Positions 62,205 through 64,000 of a stretch of DNA of 64,000 nt are shown piece after piece. The stretch comes from Takakia lepidozioides. Its lineage: Eukaryota; Plantae; Bryophyta. The stretch covers positions 58,404,001 to 58,468,000 of the forward strand of contig CM060731.1 of assembly GCA_030704615.1 (NCBI GenBank). Reading direction: 5' to 3'. The translations under genes were made by a program, and so were the position numbers. The notes under the pieces are model-generated. The model made no database searches, was not told the DNA's origin, and saw only the letters and a program-made list of their open reading frames with translations. Each line of letters opens with the position of its first letter. Position 1 is the first letter of the stretch.

Positions 62205-62585
62205 GTCTGTATGCCTTGCAGCCTCATTAGGACAAGGTTGTACAAATTTGGAGGCCACAAGTGATATTGCTCTTTAGGTACATTCAATTTTTTTCTTTCT
62301 CTTTGAATATCTTCTATTCTGACCAAGCAAGGGTAAGATGGTTAGTCATTCTTCTTTGGGTAAGTTTATATGTGTGGGGTCATGTACCACAATCATGGGG
62401 GACTTCTACAATTTGCAATTACAGCGCTACGGATGAATTCCTATCTGGAAGCCTGGCTGATGCTAACAAAGGCACAAAGTCAACAGGTCAACAATCTCAA
62501 AGAACTCGTCAACTCTTAAATGCACACATAGATTGGGTAGAAATACTCGAGATGATTTGTCTCATCGTGTCGATTTTTGATGCAG

Positions 62586-63208
62586 GATATTATTTCCGGG
62601 GGCATTGACACATCAGCAGCAACCATAGAATGGGCTCTCACACATCTCTTGCGACATCCCAACACAATGAAGAAAGTTCAAGAAGAATTGGATGATATGA
62701 TTGGTGTGATAGGTTGGTGGATGAAGCCGACATTCCTCAGCTCCCTTACCTTCATGCAGTTCTGAAGGAGACCCTACGCATCAGCCCTCCAACTCCTTTA
62801 TTGCCGCATGAGAGCATTAAAGCTTGCCAAATAGCAGGCTATCATATTCCTGCAAAGACACTGGCGATGGTAAATGTACGGGCTATTCATCACAACCCAT
62901 TTGTTTGGCAGAAGCCTCATGAATTCATTCCGGAGAGGTTTGATGACAGTAATATAGATGTGAAAGGCCACGATTTCGAGCTCTTGCCATTTGGATCAGG
63001 GCGACGAGGTTGTCCTGGCTTGGCTTTAGGTCTGCTTACGGTTCAAAGAGGTCTGGCTCAATTGCTCCAAAGCTTTACATTCGAGCTTCCACAAGGCCAC
63101 CATCCCCAAGACTTGGACATGAGAGAGGTCTTTGGGCTCACGACTCGTAGAGTTGTTCCATTACAAGTTGTCGTAAATGCTCGCTTGCCTCATCACTTGT
63201 ATACTTAA
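62586..63208 (+). pseudogene. Cytochrome P450 (CYP71 clan) last exon, frameshifted paralog
   Basis: DIISGGIDTS...KETLR...PERF...PFGSGRRGCPG. 1-bp deletion near 62703 (ATTGGTGT vs ATTGGGTGT). No upstream exon found in the window. Confidence 0.88.
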
Positions 63209-63409
63209 TTACTTGGTATGCACACACATTGTTTATGTTTTTTTGATATCTATTAATAGTTGATTTGATAGGTACTAATCCTTGATGTGGAGCATTTACA
63301 ACTGTTGATGAAGAGTTGTCTCTTCACATGTATTGTGTTCTTTTGCAAACTTTAACTACATCTACAATCTTTAAGATTCAATTCAATGAAGTCGTGAAAT
63401 GTTGTGCAT

Positions 63410-63850
63410 GCATATCAATCATCACGTTCCACGACAGCACATTTCGTTCAATCATATTGTCAAACACTCCCTTTGCGTCTTCAATATCCGGAATTTGGGT
63501 GTCCACCAGGGGCTTGAGTGTTCAGAATGATATATGGTACAGTTCTAGCTTTGACGATGTCACCTGGATTGACTCTTTGCCTTTTTCCAAGTCTTCTAGG
63601 CTCGCACACGCATTGCAAACGCAAACAAATGTGGGGCATTTGGGCTTCACCCATTCCCCTATCATTTGCTCATATGTCTCCAAAGCATTCCTATCACACC
63701 CATGCCTTGTAAATCTTGCCATCACTATATTCCTTGTGATAAAAAATCGTTGAGGCATTATATCAAACGTTTGGTGAGTATCCACGATGGTCTCAAACTT
63801 AACATACATGTACAAGTGTTGTGTCGGAAAACATTCAAGGCTTGAATCCA
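63410..63850 (-). pseudogene. PPR fragment, duplicate of 3490-3900
   Basis: MARFTRHGCDRNALETYEQMIGEWVKPKCPTFVCVCNACASLEDLEKG. Confidence 0.75.
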
Positions 63851-64000
63851 TTTTGGATAATGTGAGCGCTTTAGGCCTTTCATCTTGATGCACATACACA
63901 TGTATCTGAATATTCTAAGTCACATCCTTGGTTCATCATTTGCAGAGCCTCTTTGAGTTGTCCTCCCTCATATACTGTCCTTACATGCCCAGAAACGCCA

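Larger units (their letters stand above)
60891..64000 (+). repeat. Segmental duplicate of about 1491-4100 (P450 intron, last exon, PPR fragment)
   Basis: Colinear similarity, e.g. ACCATTAGATGAAAT(C/T)GAGGACATGCCAAA near 1545 and 60951, continuing to the window end. Confidence 0.92.

Overview
Repeat-rich nuclear DNA of a land plant, probably a non-seed lineage (inferred from CYP71-clan P450s, PLS-type PPR debris and the retroelement types). About 80% is nested transposable-element sequence. Both ends carry paralogous copies of a ~2.6-3.1 kb P450/PPR-fragment segment: the left P450 looks intact over its two visible exons, while the right copy lacks its 5' part and is frameshifted. Next to the left P450 is an intronless gene for a secreted protein of 9 (+1 frameshifted) tandem 52-54 aa units, each with one Cys pair and a GKRLL processing-like motif, i.e. 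a candidate multi-core peptide precursor. The centre holds, left to right: a truncated Ty3/gypsy element (family B), a CACTA remnant, a Ty3/gypsy element with a C5-cytosine DNA methyltransferase between protease and RT (family D), and a chromovirus (family C). The RT of C is split by a 21 kb pile of Tat/Athila-like elements (family A) that carry extra ORFs and phased CACAGCC repeat arrays. Small elements with verifiable ends are a TTAA-flanked piggyBac-type element, a hAT MITE, another MITE and a tRNA-derived SINE. There is a 500-N assembly gap at 43696-44195. All calls come from motif reading and by-eye self-comparison; no database searches were run.
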